A DNA stretch of 64,000 nt from assembly GCA_951406725.2 (NCBI GenBank), contig OX597822.1:40734001-40798000 (forward strand), written 5' to 3'. Source of the stretch: Octopus vulgaris. Its lineage: Eukaryota. Positions 42,373 to 55,170 of this stretch are shown in pieces; the stretch's first letter is position 1; each line of letters begins with the position of its first letter. The translations under genes and the position numbers were made by a program. The notes beneath the pieces are model-generated. The model was given only the letters and a program-made list of their open reading frames with translations, was not told the DNA's origin and did not search any database.

Positions 42373-42514
42373 TCAACTATTAAGTACCAACGCAACATGC
42401 TCACACAACAACCCGTTTACGGCCGTATCGCCTTTGAAATACTGGTTCTCGTCTGAGCCTAGTTCTTTGAATATCCACCTGGGAAAACTAGATGCTGTAA
42501 GAATAAATTTTAGA

Positions 42515-42716
42515 TGGGAGCAGACATGACTGTCTATTCAAGAAGTTTCGGGTTCAGATCTGTAGCAATGGCACCTTTGACAATAGCCCGAACCAACCAA
42601 ATGAATGTAGCAGATAAAAACTGTGTGAAACCTTGTGAGTGTTTGTATGTATGAATGTAAATACATACGAATGTATTTATGTATATATATTTATATATAT
42701 ATATACATACATATGG

Positions 42717-42766
<50 letters not shown>

Positions 42767-42842
42767 CATAATAATAAATATTTTATATATATGCATATAT
42801 ATATATATACATATATATATACATATATATATATACATACAT

Positions 42843-42885
<43 letters not shown>

Positions 42886-43090
42886 TGCATCATATGTGCA
42901 TCATCGTATTTGTCATTGTCCCTCTCACATCGCTTGACAAGAGGTGTTCGTTTGTTTACGTCCCAATAACTTAGAGCGTCGGCAATAACGGTGCTGATAG
43001 AATATGTAGGAAACTTAAAGTAAGTATTGAGGCCATTTATTCGAATAAGCCTTTCAAGATAGTCGCCAATGATTGAAACAAGTATAAAAA
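42515..43090 (+). mobile_element. SINE family A, strongly decayed
   Basis: Diagnostic blocks tcgcttgacaa..gtttacgtcccaataacttag and gattgaaacaagt, with an internal TA tract. Confidence 0.7.
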
Positions 43091-43199
43091 AAAACAAAAG
43101 AAATACAAAGAATCAAACAAACAAAGCTTCTACATTGCTTAAGAAAAACACAATGGAATGGCTTCCATCAAGAAACTCAGCATAAAACAACTAAAGAAT

Positions 43200-43247
<48 letters not shown>

Positions 43248-43254
43248 GTGATGG

Positions 43255-43315
<61 letters not shown>

Positions 43316-43558
43316 AATAATAATAATGATAATAATAATAATAATAATAAAAACCCTATCCATTTAAATGTCTGTGTTGTATTACATGAAGATATTTCGT
43401 TAATGACCCTGCCACTTCCCCTCCCCAAGCTTTCAGTCAAACTGTAACATCTTTTATCTTTCACTCGGCCCAGGACGCTGGGTGTGTCTCGGCAAGTGAT
43501 TGTATGTAACAAACATGCTGATTAAAAGTTTAAAATAATAATGATGATGATAATAATA

Positions 43559-43614
<56 letters not shown>

Positions 43615-43627
43615 AATAATAATAATG

Positions 43628-43695
<68 letters not shown>

Positions 43696-43696
<1 letters not shown>

Positions 43697-44183
43697 CCCT
43701 GATGCAGTACCAGGCAGTGGCTCTCATGGCTTCTGATCTTAACTGATTGGAAGTGTTATCATGTACATTGTTTTGTCTTGGTATAAAAGATGGGTTACAG
43801 CAAATATTCTGCTCAATACCACAGATTTGCTTGTCAGTTATTTGACCGTAACCAGTTGACCATGTCCCTTAGTGGCTGACGATATGTGCATCTCTGACCA
43901 CGAGCAGAAGTAGTCGGGGAGCATCATAGCCGTGTGTCGAAAGGGATTCTTTGGGGATAATTAATCTCTGGAAACATGAGTGGTCCGTTCAACATCCTTA
44001 AACAACCCCCACCTGCAAAGTCATGTCCTGTTTATCTTGATATGAGATCACCATGTCGCGCACATATGGTTGTGATGCATGAGCCTAGTGTACTCTTATC
44101 AGACGGGTAGTTATGATGGGTATACTGGGCTTCGTATATTTTACCCCAGTGTCACTTTGATGGCCTGCACTGCTCTCTCACTC
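43696..44183 (+). mobile_element. (AAT)n-associated retroposon, copy 4
   Basis: Starts gccctgatgcagtaccagg, has an internal deletion, and has (AAT)n on both sides. Confidence 0.9.
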
Positions 44184-44207
44184 AATAATAATAATAATAA
44201 TAATATG

Positions 44208-45690
44208 AATTAGATACCGACGCTACTATCAAGGAACTTGACCCACAAGAAAGTTATAAATACCTGGGGATAAACGAAGAAGATTGTAAAAAGGAAAAAA
44301 TAATAAGAAAGGAGTATTACAGGAGAGTAAAACTCATACAAAAAACTGAACTCAACTCCAAAAATCGCATCGAAGCCTTTAATACAGTTTTAACATAATT
44401 AACTGAAATCTCACAGAGTTCCAATGCCTGGGCAGGAAGACAAGAAAAATACTAACACCTAAGAACATGCACCACACAAAAGCAGATGTTGATTGTCTGT
44501 ACCTAACTAGAAGTAATGGGGGAACTGTACACTAAGACCTCCACAATAGCAACGAACGGGTACTTATCTAGTACAGAGAACTGGCTGCTGCGGTTTGCGA
44601 CAAACACGAAAGCAGCAAGGAAGCTTGCAAATTCTCAAGAGAGCTTGGCATTAACTCTGAATTAGATGAAAAACCTGAAATCACTGCCACCAAAGAAGCG
44701 AAATGCTGATGTAGACCAAGCAACAACCCATCAGTGGCTGAGAAGTTCAGGACTGAAAGCAGAGACTGCAGGTTTCATTTTGGAGGCACAAGATCAAAGC
44801 TTGATTACCAAAAACTACCAGACTAACGTTCTTCCAAACGGTTCTGACCCTAAATGCAGATTCTGCGATACATTTGACGAAACAATAAGCCATCTCGTCT
44901 CGGGATGTCCAGCGCTGGTACCAAACGAATACAAAAATCGCCACGATGGGATAGGACAGTATTTACATTAAAAAATATGTAAACACTACAAAATCAGCAC
45001 TCCTGCTTGCTGGTATGAAACACCATCCTAAGCCAGTCGTTGAAGGTAAAAATGTCACACACCTCTGAGATTTTCCAGACAACACCGACAGAATGATCCA
45101 GAATAATCGACCAGGCATAGTCATTAAGGACAGAGAAGAAAATAGTTGTAGATTGATAGATGTAAGTATTCCCATTGATAAAAATATATCTGCAAAGGAA
45201 TTTGACAAATTAAGTAAATATAGGCGCAGGAGTGGCAGTGTGGTAAGTAGCTTGCTTACCAGCCACATGGTTTTGGGTTCAGTCCTATTATGTGGCACCT
45301 TGGGCAAGTATCTTCTACTATAGCCTCGGGCTGACCAAAGCCTTGTGAGTGGATTTGGTAGACGGAAACTGAAAGAAGCCCGTCGTATATATGTATATAT
45401 ATGTGTGTGTTTGCCCCCCCCCTTCCTCCAGCATTGCTTGACAACCGATGTTGGTAACTTAGCGGTTCGGCAAAAGAGACCGATAGAATAAGTATTAGGC
45501 TTCCAAAGAATAAGTCATGGGGTCGATTTTCTCGACTAAAGGCCGTGCTCCAGCATGGCCGCAGTCAAATGACTGAAGCAAGTAAAAGAGTAAAAGAGAG
45601 AGTATAAGGACCTGGAAATTGAAATGCAAAAGATGAAGCGAGAACTGTTCTTGTTATTGTGGGTAACCTAAGTATGATAAAAATGGGATG
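44208..45690 (+). mobile_element. R4/Dong-clade fragment: RT end, CCHC knuckle and restriction-like endonuclease, split by a SINE
   Basis: IKELDPQESYKYLGI..; LKAETAGFILEAQDQ..CRFCDTFDETISHLVSGC..RHD; NRPGIVIKD..LIDVSIP..KLSKY|KDLEIE. Multiple stops and frameshifts. Confidence 0.92.
45222..45602 (+). mobile_element. SINE family A inserted into the Dong endonuclease region
   Basis: Full head and tail. The LINE frame resumes after it (KY / KDLEIE). Confidence 0.93.
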
Positions 45691-46065
45691 TCCACAAAAT
45701 TCACAACAGACATTATAAAACAATAAAAAGACAACAGGCAAAACGACGCACAGAGCAATTACAGAAACCATATTTAGCCACCAGAAAGAACGAACAATAT
45801 TGTAAAAATAGTTCAATAGATTTATCGATGGGTTATGCTGACCGACGCAGGCTTCTCATTCTCTCCACAGTTAACTACAAAATTACAAAGCAGCATTCAA
45901 CACATACAAAACGAAACAAAAATACTAAATACGCCTTAGTATGTGAAGGCCTCAGTTGCACGATACACCTTTCACGATCTCCGTCAGTCTACGAAAAAAG
46001 TGGCGGGGATAAACACGGGAGCATCCACACACCCACACACCCAAACATCCCCACCACACAAAAAG

Positions 46066-46118
<53 letters not shown>

Positions 46119-46334
46119 CTGTTTTGTCTGGGGTAGAGTCATTTTCTTTTTGAGCCTTATTATTTAACACACTCACCGATAAAATTTCGACTTTTTTCTT
46201 ATTTTTATTGTCCTAAAATTTTCGTTGCGTTTTACAACCTTTTCAAAACCATTGAAAAGGTTGCAAAACGCAACGAAAATTTTAGGACAATAAAAATAAG
46301 AAAAAAGTGGAAAGACTCTACCCAGACACAACAG
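46119..46334. repeat. Fold-back element next to (TA)n
   Basis: Arms 46185-46246 / 46252-46313 with 2 mismatches and a 5-nt loop, plus outer arms 46119-46140 / 46314-46334. Confidence 0.9.
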
Positions 46335-46484
46335 AATATGCTTCAACACACGAACTCATATAAAGAATCTTGCAAACCAAATCCCAAAACGAAATATATA
46401 TATATATAAATTCTCGTATATTCCATCTTCAGTCTTTAACTTGCCATGTATATATATATATATATATATATATAGCTAGCTAGC

Positions 46485-46566
<82 letters not shown>

Positions 46567-46580
46567 TAGATATAGATATA

Positions 46581-46830
46581 AAATTTAAATTAAATAATGA
46601 GGGGAGAAATTGATATCAATCAATTAACATCAATTTAAACCAGTGGTCTAGCAAATTTCAGAAGAAAAAAAATCCGAAGATTTAAAAATTATATTACAAT
46701 TAATAAGAGGAATGACCACTAAGATGGATTCCTAATATGCTAAAGACAGACGTCAAATCGCCTTATCTCGTAGAGTGTATTCTCAAGAAAAATCTCAGCA
46801 AAAACACTAGAATGTTGTGGCCATACAGAC
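46581..46830 (-). mobile_element. Diverged relative of the 6073-7275 element (HHR part absent)
   Basis: Shares ordered blocks aaattga..att, aacatcaatttaaa, ctagc, aataag, atgcta..a.aga and ttctcaag with 6490-6690. Abuts (GATA)n. Confidence 0.5.
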
Positions 46831-47033
46831 GCACCGCCTATAGTCGAACAAATCGACACCACGACTTATTCTTTGTAAGCCTAGTACTTATTCTATCGCA
46901 CTATTTTACCGAACCGCCAAGTTACGGGGGACGTAAAAACTCCGGCATCGGTAGTCAAGCGATTTTGGGGGGAGCCCAAACAAAGCCACACAAACACACA
47001 CTCACACACACACATATATATATACATACATGC

Positions 47034-47067
<34 letters not shown>

Positions 47068-47221
47068 CGGGCTTCTTTCAGTTTCCGTCCTCCGAATCCA
47101 CTCACAAGGCTTTGGTCGGCGAGAGGTTATAATAGAAGATACCTGCCCATGGTGCCATGCAGTTAGACTGATCTCGGAACCATGTGATTATTAAGCAACC
47201 TACTTACCACACCATTCCTGC
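46831..47221 (-). mobile_element. SINE family A
   Basis: Reverse-complement match to 45222-45602. Confidence 0.88.
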
Positions 47222-47300
47222 ATGTGACCGGTTTGGAAAATTGTTAAGATATTAAGATTCTTTTCTTAACATAAAACCAATGGCAACCTTAACATATATA

Positions 47301-47720
47301 TTGTTGTTGTTGTTGTTGGCATCCTTTTGTCTCGGGAGACAATGGAGTTGCGCATAAACTAATCCAGTCTGGTTTTTACATTTCATGTTCTCTCCAGTTT
47401 TGCGCAAGCCTGGGCTAGATGTAAGAATATCTTGGGTAGCCCAATCGTCAGGATTCTTCTCTCAACCTTGCTAACGTAGTCCTAAGGAGTGCAGAGCATT
47501 ACGTTTGGCACCAGCTTGGTTGCAGGAGCTGCCGGAGGAATGTCGAATCGAACACTAAACCGCCTACTGGGGTCAACTCCGGACTTCTTTGAAGGTTGTC
47601 TCCTTTCCGTAACCCTGGATAGGGGCCCATACCGGGTACTGTCAGCCGGAGCCAGCTGAGCCCGGGGCTCGTGTCAGGCAGGGTCGTCACTCCCTGAAGT
47701 AATGAAAAAATCGCTACCCA
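47301..47720 (-). mobile_element. Non-autonomous RTE-derived element (5'UTR-like part fused to 3' tail)
   Basis: Minus strand ends gcgcaactccattgtctcccgagacaaaaggatgcc(aac)n, an RTE-type terminal stem-loop plus tandem tail. No ORF in between. Confidence 0.65.
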
Positions 47721-47734
47721 CTACTTAAACCTTA

Positions 47735-47807
<73 letters not shown>

Positions 47808-47845
47808 GAGAGAGAGACAGACAGATAGAGGGAGAGAAAGAGAGA

Positions 47846-48005
47846 GGCACAGGTGTGGCTGTGTGGTAAGTAGCTTGCTTGCCAACCATATGGTTCCGTG
47901 TTCAGACCTACTGCGTGGCACCTTGGGCAAGTGTCTTTTGCTATAGCCGCGAGCTGACCAAAACCTTGTGAGTGAATTTGGTAGACGGAAACTGAAAAAG
48001 CCCGT

Positions 48006-48037
<32 letters not shown>

Positions 48038-48310
48038 TACACATATATGTATGTATGTATATATGTGTGTGTGTGTGTGTGTATGTGTGTGTGTGTGTGT
48101 TTGTGTGGCTTTGTTTGGGCTCCCCCCACCATCGCTTGACAACGGATACCGGAGTCTTTACGACCCCGTAACTTAGCGGTTCGGTAAAATAGCGTGATAG
48201 AATAAGTACTAGGCTTATAAAGAATAAGTCCTGGGGGCGATTTGCTCGACTAAAGGCGGTGCGACAGCATGGCCGAAGTCAAAATGACTGAACCAAGTAA
48301 AAGAATAAAA
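47846..48310 (+). mobile_element. SINE family A
   Basis: Full head and tail. A further minus-strand 5' fragment lies at 48350-48482. Confidence 0.92.
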
Positions 48311-48519
48311 CAATATATACATATGCATACACGACAAAATTAAAATATCCATCTACCAAATCCACTCACAAGGCTGTGGTCAGCATGGGGCCATGGAAGC
48401 AGACATTTGACCATGGTGCCACGCAGTGGGACTGAATCCGTGACCTTGTTGTTGGGAAGAAAGCTTCTTACCAAACAGCCACGTCAAGTATTTACTTCTA
48501 TTTAAGAGGTACAGTCCAA

Positions 48520-48862
48520 GCACATGGCTCCGTGGGTAGAGCGTCGGGCACGCATTAATGAAGTAGTAAGTTCGATTCCTGGACTGGGCTGTGTGTTGTG
48601 TTCTTGAGGAAGACACTTAAGGCACTTTATTTCACGTTGTTCCAGTTCATTCAACAGTAGAAATGAGTTGTGACGTCACTGATGCCAAGCTGTATCGGCG
48701 TTTGCCTTTGCCTTGGATAACATCAGTGGTGTGGAGAGGGGAGGCTGGTATGTATGGCCGACTGCTGGTCTTCCACAACCTTGCTGGACTTGTGCCTTGG
48801 AGGGTAACTTTCTAGGTACAATGCCATGGCCCTTCGTGACCGAAAGGGGGGTCTTGCCCTTT
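48520..48862 (+). mobile_element. SINE family D (tRNA head, CORE-like body)
   Basis: tggctccgtgggtagagcg, gttcgattcc, gtgttcttgaggaagacact, and a terminal stem-loop ttcgtgaccgaaaggggg. Confidence 0.85.
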
Positions 48863-51020
48863 GTACTCTTTAACGCTTGGGTCGACCCTGGGCGACGGTA
48901 ACAGACATTCGACCGAGACGTCTCGAAGTGGGATCGAAGCGAGGACCTTGTGATTGCCAAAGGAACTTCTTAATCAGTCGGCCATGTTTGCAGCGACTGC
49001 TTTTGTACAACTTAACCAACCCTCATTGCACCTCACCACCTCTTCACTACTACCCCAACCACACCACTGAATACTTCGCACCATCCCCACTCCCACTATA
49101 AACAATGCCACGTTACACCACACCTCTCCACTCCACTCCATGCCCACCACTCCATATTAACGCCACAATATTCTGAATATCAATGCAATATCTTAAGATA
49201 TTTTTTCTAATATTCTTGATTTTTCTTCTCTCTTTCGTCATCATCGCCGTCGTCATCATCGTCATCATCATCATCATTATCATCATCATCATCACCATCA
49301 TCATCATCATCGTCATCATCCTCATCATCGTTACCATCATCATCGACATCGTCGTAAAAAACTTAATCATTAACAGCGACATCTTCATCATTATCATCAT
49401 CATCACCATCATCATCACCACCATCATCAGCATCGCTACCGCCACCACTACCACCATCCCCACCGTATCTTCATCTGCTTTTCGCCTTCCATTTCTTCAT
49501 TTATTGCGGGGTTTTTTTTTGTTTCGTTTATCTTTTTTTTTTCTCGATTTGCTGAATTCTGTTTGATCTCAGTCGCCAATAACATCAACAACAACAACAA
49601 CAACAACAACAACAGCAACAACAACATTACAATAATAACGCGAACAACAGCAAAAGTAAAAAGAAAAAAAATAGAAAGTAGCTGCAATAACAAAAACAAT
49701 GTAAATAACAACAACAGCAGCAGCAACAACAACAACAATAATAACGGCAATGAGTGACAATAAGTGACAACAATAAACAACAATAATTACACGAAAAAAA
49801 ATAAGACTGCAGAAGAAGGCAGCCAGATGGCGCCACGTGCAGTATTTATAATTTATGCTAGTTATTGCCGCACACCACCTCTCTCATTCCCCCTCCCCTA
49901 ACCCTACCCCCCGTTGGCAATTGCTGGTGGGGGAGAGTGGGGTGACGGTGGCGATGTCGGTGGGAGTAGGGCATTGAGAGGATGAGAGAGGGTGGGAATG
50001 TGTGGTGGTGGTGGTGGTGGTGGGGTGGGGTGGGGTAAGCAGTAGGTGTTAGAAATGTTGACGTGGGGATAGGGTGGGATAGAGTGAGCGGCGGCGGAGG
50101 TGGTGGTAGTAGTGGTGATGGTAGTGGTAGTGGTAGCGGTGATATGGTGGTGGTGGTGGTGGTGGTGGTGGTGTGGAGGGTGGGGTAGAGTAAGAGAGGA
50201 ATCAATAAGTGTCTTTGACAAATTCAAGTGAGCACACATGCATCGAACAGGGGGGGGGGAAGAAGGGGGAGGAAAGGAGAGGCAGCAATGTTTGTAGGGC
50301 AGAAGAAGAGGAGGATGGGAGGATGAGAGAAAAGGGGGAACAAAATAATCAATGGTGATGATGGTGGTGGTTGTGGTGGTGGTGGTGGTGGTGGTAGTGG
50401 TGGTAGTGGTGATGGTGGTGGTGGTGGTGGTCGTGGTGGTGGTAGGGTTGGTCGGGTGGGTGTATGGTTGTTGGAGATAAAGCGTTAAGGTGTTCGATTA
50501 TTCTCGCGCAGTTTCTATAAACTTTACTTTCCTAATCCAGAATGAAGTTTGTTGTGGATGAAATATTGTTCTATACACATTCATAAATAAACCCACGCAT
50601 ATATATATATATGCGTGTGTGTGTGTGTGTGAGTGTGCGCGCGCGTGTATATATGTATGTATAATGCGCGCACACAAACGTATACGAGCGTATTTATTTA
50701 TATGAATATATATGTAATACATAATACACACGCATATACACGTGCGTTTATGTGTGAGTGTGTGTGTGTGATGTTTTGAACACCGAATCTTAGTACTACA
50801 CACACACGGGCACGCACGCACACACATACACACATACACACGCACATTCTTTATTTTACTCACCGAAACTGTTTGATAAGCGCACTGCTGCAAAAGTGAA
50901 GGCCATTGAGTTACTTAACTCCTTTAATTATAATAATTCTCTCTACAAGAAAGGACTGAAATTTTGGCGAAAGGGCTGGTCGAATTACATTTATAAATAC
51001 GCATATGTGTGTAAGTGTTT

Positions 51021-51086
<66 letters not shown>

Positions 51087-51184
51087 CAATACACCATTGG
51101 TACTTATTTTATCGACCCCAGAAGGACGAAAGACAAAGTTGACTTTGATGGAATTTGAAATCAGCTCATAAAGGGCCGGAGGCG

Positions 51185-51350
51185 TTGTAAATCCTCCTGC
51201 TCAGAAGGGGTAAACGACTGCATTTCAGAAATTCTGCTCTCGTTAATGACTACTACATCTAGACGTACTGACCTGAGGTCGTTGCTGATCCTGCAACCAT
51301 ACTACCCTCAGTCCATAAGCATTTATATAGCCTCCTCAGTATTGCCATTC
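51185..51350 (-). mobile_element. Tx1/L1 ORF2 N-terminal endonuclease remnant
   Basis: INAYGLR../NDLRSVRLDVVVINESRI matches APE motifs N..GL and D....(Q/S)ET. Sequence up to ~51900 may be decayed ORF1. Confidence 0.55.
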
Positions 51351-52208
51351 TAAGAGAAGAAACAAAAAGCAGAGGGAGTCGATTGCAATCACTGATCTTG
51401 GATAAATCCTGTGAGAAACGCTTTCTCAAAATATGTAAGGAGTTACGGAGAGGGTGCGTGTATTAAGACCCTTAAATGTGGTTAAAATGCTCTCTTTGTT
51501 TGAGTCTATCAACTTATTCTCCTTTCGAAGAACTGTGTAGGTGAAGGGTCCCGTCCGCGGATGATTGCTGTCATTAGTCCATCCCTTGTGGCTGAAATGG
51601 TTGTTGTCTTTTATTATGCCCTTTTTGCTGCTGTTCCTTTCTGTTAGTGTTGCTCCTTCTGGTTTATCCCTTGTTGTTGCTTTTGTTGAGGTTGTTGTTC
51701 TGGTGGCTGTTGATGTGTCGATTGTTTTTTTTCGTTGTAGTATTTATTGCTATTATAGTTTGTCTATCCCCTATCTTAACTGATTAGCCGCACATTTTTC
51801 GGAGTTCTTAAAATTGGTGCTACTAAACTTTGGGGATTTCGGGTTTCACCAGCCCGCCCTCTCTTCCCTTTTAGCAGCCGTTCAACTATAACTCACTCAG
51901 ATGCTTTTATGTTAACAAAAGCCACATTCATAATGAGAGCTCAGCTGAATTTGCGCTTATTTCTCCTTGCTTCACTTATTGAAGTGTCGTGGTGAGGACT
52001 TATTTCTACGTCCTTCTATGAGTGCAAAAATACCTTGTTACTAAACATGAGGTTGTGTTGTTCAAGTTGAAGCCGCTACTGCTCTTTATATATATATATT
52101 TAAAAAAGGAGATGTGGAACACGAGTTGTGATATATAAAAAAAGGAAATGAAGAAAATGCTGACAAAATAATTTAAGTAAGAGAGAGTGTATTTAATTAG
52201 GTGGAAGT

Positions 52209-52248
52209 TCTTTTTACCGGTTGCGCATTTGTTATGCTTATCAAAAGA
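52209..52248 (-). ncRNA. Highly degenerate hammerhead-like motif in a (TA)n-flanked module
   Basis: tcttt-TGATAA-gcat-aacaa-atgc-GCAA-ccgg-TA-aaaaga. All three stems are present but the core has about 3 changes. Confidence 0.4.
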
Positions 52249-52294
52249 TATTTTTTAAAGAGAGATAGAGTTCCTTTCTGATAGATTTTTTTCT

Positions 52295-52344
<50 letters not shown>

Positions 52345-52766
52345 TAGTTTCTGTGTTGCGAGGAGTGTGATGCTCTGCTTTCAAACTCTCCACTGTAGGG
52401 CAGAATGTTTTAAGGTGCTCTGTTTTGCCACCGATGTAACATATGCTGTTTCTACTCGCATGTGCTACTACTTTCCGGAATAGAAGCCAGGCAGATACCC
52501 TGGAGAAACCAAAACTTAGGACGTTTTCCGTTCTATTCTAGGACTAGTGTTCATGCTCCTCTAACATGGCCATTACTCTGGTCGCTTGGTTTCTATGAGG
52601 AAGTTCGTTTCTGACCCTGACTTTGGTCACACGATGCCCAGTACATATGGATACGGTATCAAAACAAACTGCTAGGAGGTGCAGATTGTTGTAGCTATCC
52701 TATGGACTTCCTGTTCGCAGTTGCATATAGCTACCATCCTCCCGAGTTTATTCCCTCTGGTTATAC

Positions 52767-53171
52767 ACAGTGCTTTTGTATGGCTCTGAAACATGTAGAG
52801 CCACCTGCAGCAACTATAAGAAGATCCAGACCTTCATCGACAAATGTCTCCGGCAGACCCTTCATCTGAAGTGGTTCGACAGAGTACCAAACACCGACCT
52901 GTGGGAAAGGGCCAACCAGGAGCGCATACATGTTCAGATTAGACGAAGGAAATGGAGATGGATGGGACACACACTGCAGAAAGAATCCTCAAATGTAACA
53001 CGACAATCACTTGACTGGGACCCGCAGGGGAAAAGGAAGCGAGGACGCCCGAAGCAGACATGGAAGTGGAGCATTTTGAACGAGCTCAGGATCACCGCCC
53101 TGACATGGGAAGCAGCCAAGAAACATGCCAATGATCGCAAAAAGTGGAAAACAAGGGGCAAAAAGGATTAA
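52767..53171 (+). mobile_element. RTE-clade LINE 3' fragment
   Basis: VLLYGSET..KCLR..RRRKWRWMGHTL..GKRKRGRPKQTW..ANDRKKWK is the typical RTE C-terminus. Confidence 0.92.
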
Positions 53172-53525
53172 GAGAGAAGAGAAGAGATTTATGCACAGTA
53201 CAGAAGGTCAAACCTCTTCTAGTCATTTTTCACTTGCTGCACTTCTAAATATTGATCCTGATTTCGGTGAACAACGTTTTCTCTTGTAAAATCGATAACA
53301 CTCCAGGGTGAGCGATATCCATCTGATATTTTTGATTGTGATGGCTTTTCCTTCGAGTGAATGTCCTGTCCATTGGCCACGACATGAGCGATAGATATTT
53401 TCTTTGTGAATTTCTCGTCGTAACCATTGTCAAAGTTGTCCTTGCTGTCTTTGTAGATGTTTCCGTTGATGGCAGCGGTGGTGACGATAACAGTTGCTTT
53501 GCTGTTGGTTTTGCTATTGTTACAC

Positions 53526-53941
53526 TTTTACTCTTTTACTTGTTTCAGTCATTTGGCTGTGGCCATGCTGGAGCACCGCCTTTTAGTTGAGCAAATCGAC
53601 CCCACGACTTATTCTTTGTAAGCCTAGTACTTATTCTATCGGGCTCTTTTGCCGAATCGCTAAGTTGCGGGGACGTAAACATACCAGCATCGGTTGTCAA
53701 ACGATGTTGGGGGGGGGAACATAGACACACAAACATATACATACACACACACATATATATATAAATATAGATATATACGACGGGCTTCTTTCAGTTTCCG
53801 TCTACCAAATCCACTCACAAGGCTTTGGTCGGCCCGAGGCTAGAGTAGAAGACACTTGCCCAAGATGCAACGCAGTGGGACTGAACCTGGAACCATGTGG
53901 TTGGTAAGCAAGCTACTTACCACACAGCCACTCCTACGCCT
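53526..53941 (-). mobile_element. SINE family A, near full length
   Basis: Reverse-complement match from head (ggcgtaggagtggctgtgtggtaag) to tail. Confidence 0.93.
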
Positions 53942-54529
53942 AATTGTTGATAATCATAATGTTGCGATCCATACAGATGTTAGTGTTGTTGTTACAGCTG
54001 TTGCAGCTACCGCTTTTCGCAGCACTCCATTCTGTGGCCGAGAGTCGCGGCAGGCCATCGAGGTAGGCACGGGTATTCATCCTGCGTTCCGGCCAGTTAC
54101 ACATCCCGAACACGCAAGCCATGTGCTGCTGATAAACTGCTCACACTGCTTTAAGTCGAATAACAAATGTCCATTGTGTTCCGCCAAAGACCCAACTGTG
54201 ACTTAATCGCTACGTTGCCCATCAAACGGTTTTCAACCACACTTGTCTTAAAACATAAGCCCTACGACACATCTTTCGTGCTTTGCGCTAAAGAATTGGA
54301 CGAGGGCCTGTTTTGCTGTATAACGGCAGTGATAATTTTCATAAATACCACTTTAAGGTTTAACTGTTTCTTTCTACTCTGCTTTTCTCCCTCGCTATAA
54401 TCTTATTAAACCACATTGATTTATGCAAATCACTTTTTTCGGGGCAAAGCGTCATTTATTGTTGACGATTGCTCTCGTCAATTACCACTTAACTATTTCA
54501 GTAATGATGTCTCTGTAAGCTTGGGGCGC

Positions 54530-55170
54530 CGGGAGTGATGCACTCAGTTTTAAGTAACCGGGCCGCTGCCTACCTATTTTGGTCAATCGTAAAGATCCCA
54601 AATTTGTGTTTCGTTTACCCAACGATTTTAAAATGTAGACAATCTGGGCTACCCTTATCTACTGACCTACATATTACAGATCGCATTTATCTAAATACGA
54701 TCTGGATGACCCAATGCGATTTGTTCATTTCCACATTAGCATATTCGAGAAAACCAGTCGGTATCTGTCAGATTGCTAAAACTTCTGAACATATTTGCGA
54801 GGCTTTTACACTCATCTCTCTTATCACCTAATTTCAGACAATCTAAGCGTGCATCCACAAGAGCATTCCAGTTGCCCACTAGCGCTAAAGAGCGGAACAT
54901 CATTGAGAAAACCTCCAGAAGCCTAAAGAAATCTAGATTCTCTGGCAGGTTAACTAAATGCTGGTACCCACTTCGCTATTGTTCACATCCACGATCACAA
55001 GCTTAGTTTCTGAGTTGAAGGTCATCATATCGTAAAATCTAGACCCTTCCAAAACAACAATAGCTCCATTTCCCAACTTTATTCGACTAGAAAATATGGA
55101 CAACTCATATCCACCGAAAATAGCCGTGAAGGCTCGTGGTTCGGAGATTCAAGTATCAATGATGGGCATC
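54530..55170 (-). mobile_element. Tx1/L1 AP-endonuclease remnant
   Basis: DFFRLLEVF..SLALVGNWNALVDARLD..DRYRL..TNRIGSSRSYLD..TKHKF..RPGYLKL corresponds to the GDFN, S.LD, DH and G.WKLN motifs. Confidence 0.75.

Noticed and set aside
54121-54206. CSHC..CPLC peptide resembling half a RING finger
   Set aside because: The first RING ligands are missing, the ORF begins inside a SINE, and no clear splice acceptor was found. BLASTX would settle it.
54417-54432. TGATTTATGCAAATCA (overlapping Pbx/Hox and octamer motifs)
   Set aside because: A single short motif in AT-rich DNA; chance occurrence cannot be excluded.
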